From: the human T2T-CHM13v2.0 reference genome, Homo sapiens
DNA: 64,000 bases
Assembly: GCF_009914755.1 (NCBI RefSeq)
Contig: NC_060942.1
Strand: one strand, 5' to 3'
The translations under genes were made by a program, and so were the position numbers. The notes below the pieces were generated by a model that saw only the letters and a program-made list of their open reading frames with translations, made no database searches and had not been told where the DNA came from. Each line of letters opens with the position of its first letter. The stretch's first letter is position 1. Shown here one piece after another: positions 63,791 to 64,000 of the stretch.

Positions 63791-64000
63791 ATTCAACATT
63801 AAAAAGACAAAAATTTGGAAATATTAAAAATTAAAATAGCTGCCTAATTTGTTTACATCATAATTTGGTAGATTATAAAGAAGAAACTAACTGAGATAGT
63901 TGTAGTAAGTGCTCACTGAATTCATTTTTATGTATAAGAATTGTTCACAAGTAACATCTAAACCTGAAATGATTGGTCTGCATGTACTTATAATCACAAG

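Overview
This is primate (catarrhine-like) nuclear DNA. I find no supportable protein-coding exon, tRNA, rRNA or CRISPR array, and I cannot place the locus or name a gene. The ORF track is explained by repeats, simple repeats or chance. Much of the window is transposon-derived: a mostly plus-strand L1 cluster at about 4.4-9 kb and 19.6-23.5 kb, four Alus with readable target-site duplications (TSDs), eight MaLR LTRs (MLT1/MST/THE1) between 26 and 55 kb, a MER47A/Tigger element, many L2 and MIR relics, and several micro- and minisatellites. The unique DNA looks regulatory: two weak CpG-rich islands at 40.4-42.6 kb, enhancer-like motif clusters, and a repeat-poor block at about 55-63 kb. The best lead is a possible plus-strand spliced non-coding transcript, with well-formed exons at 24638-24810, 25067-25199 and 50109-50147. 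That is inferred from splice signals only. I found no convincing novel biological system. Repeat subfamily names come from recalled consensus sequences, and the boundaries of old repeats are approximate.
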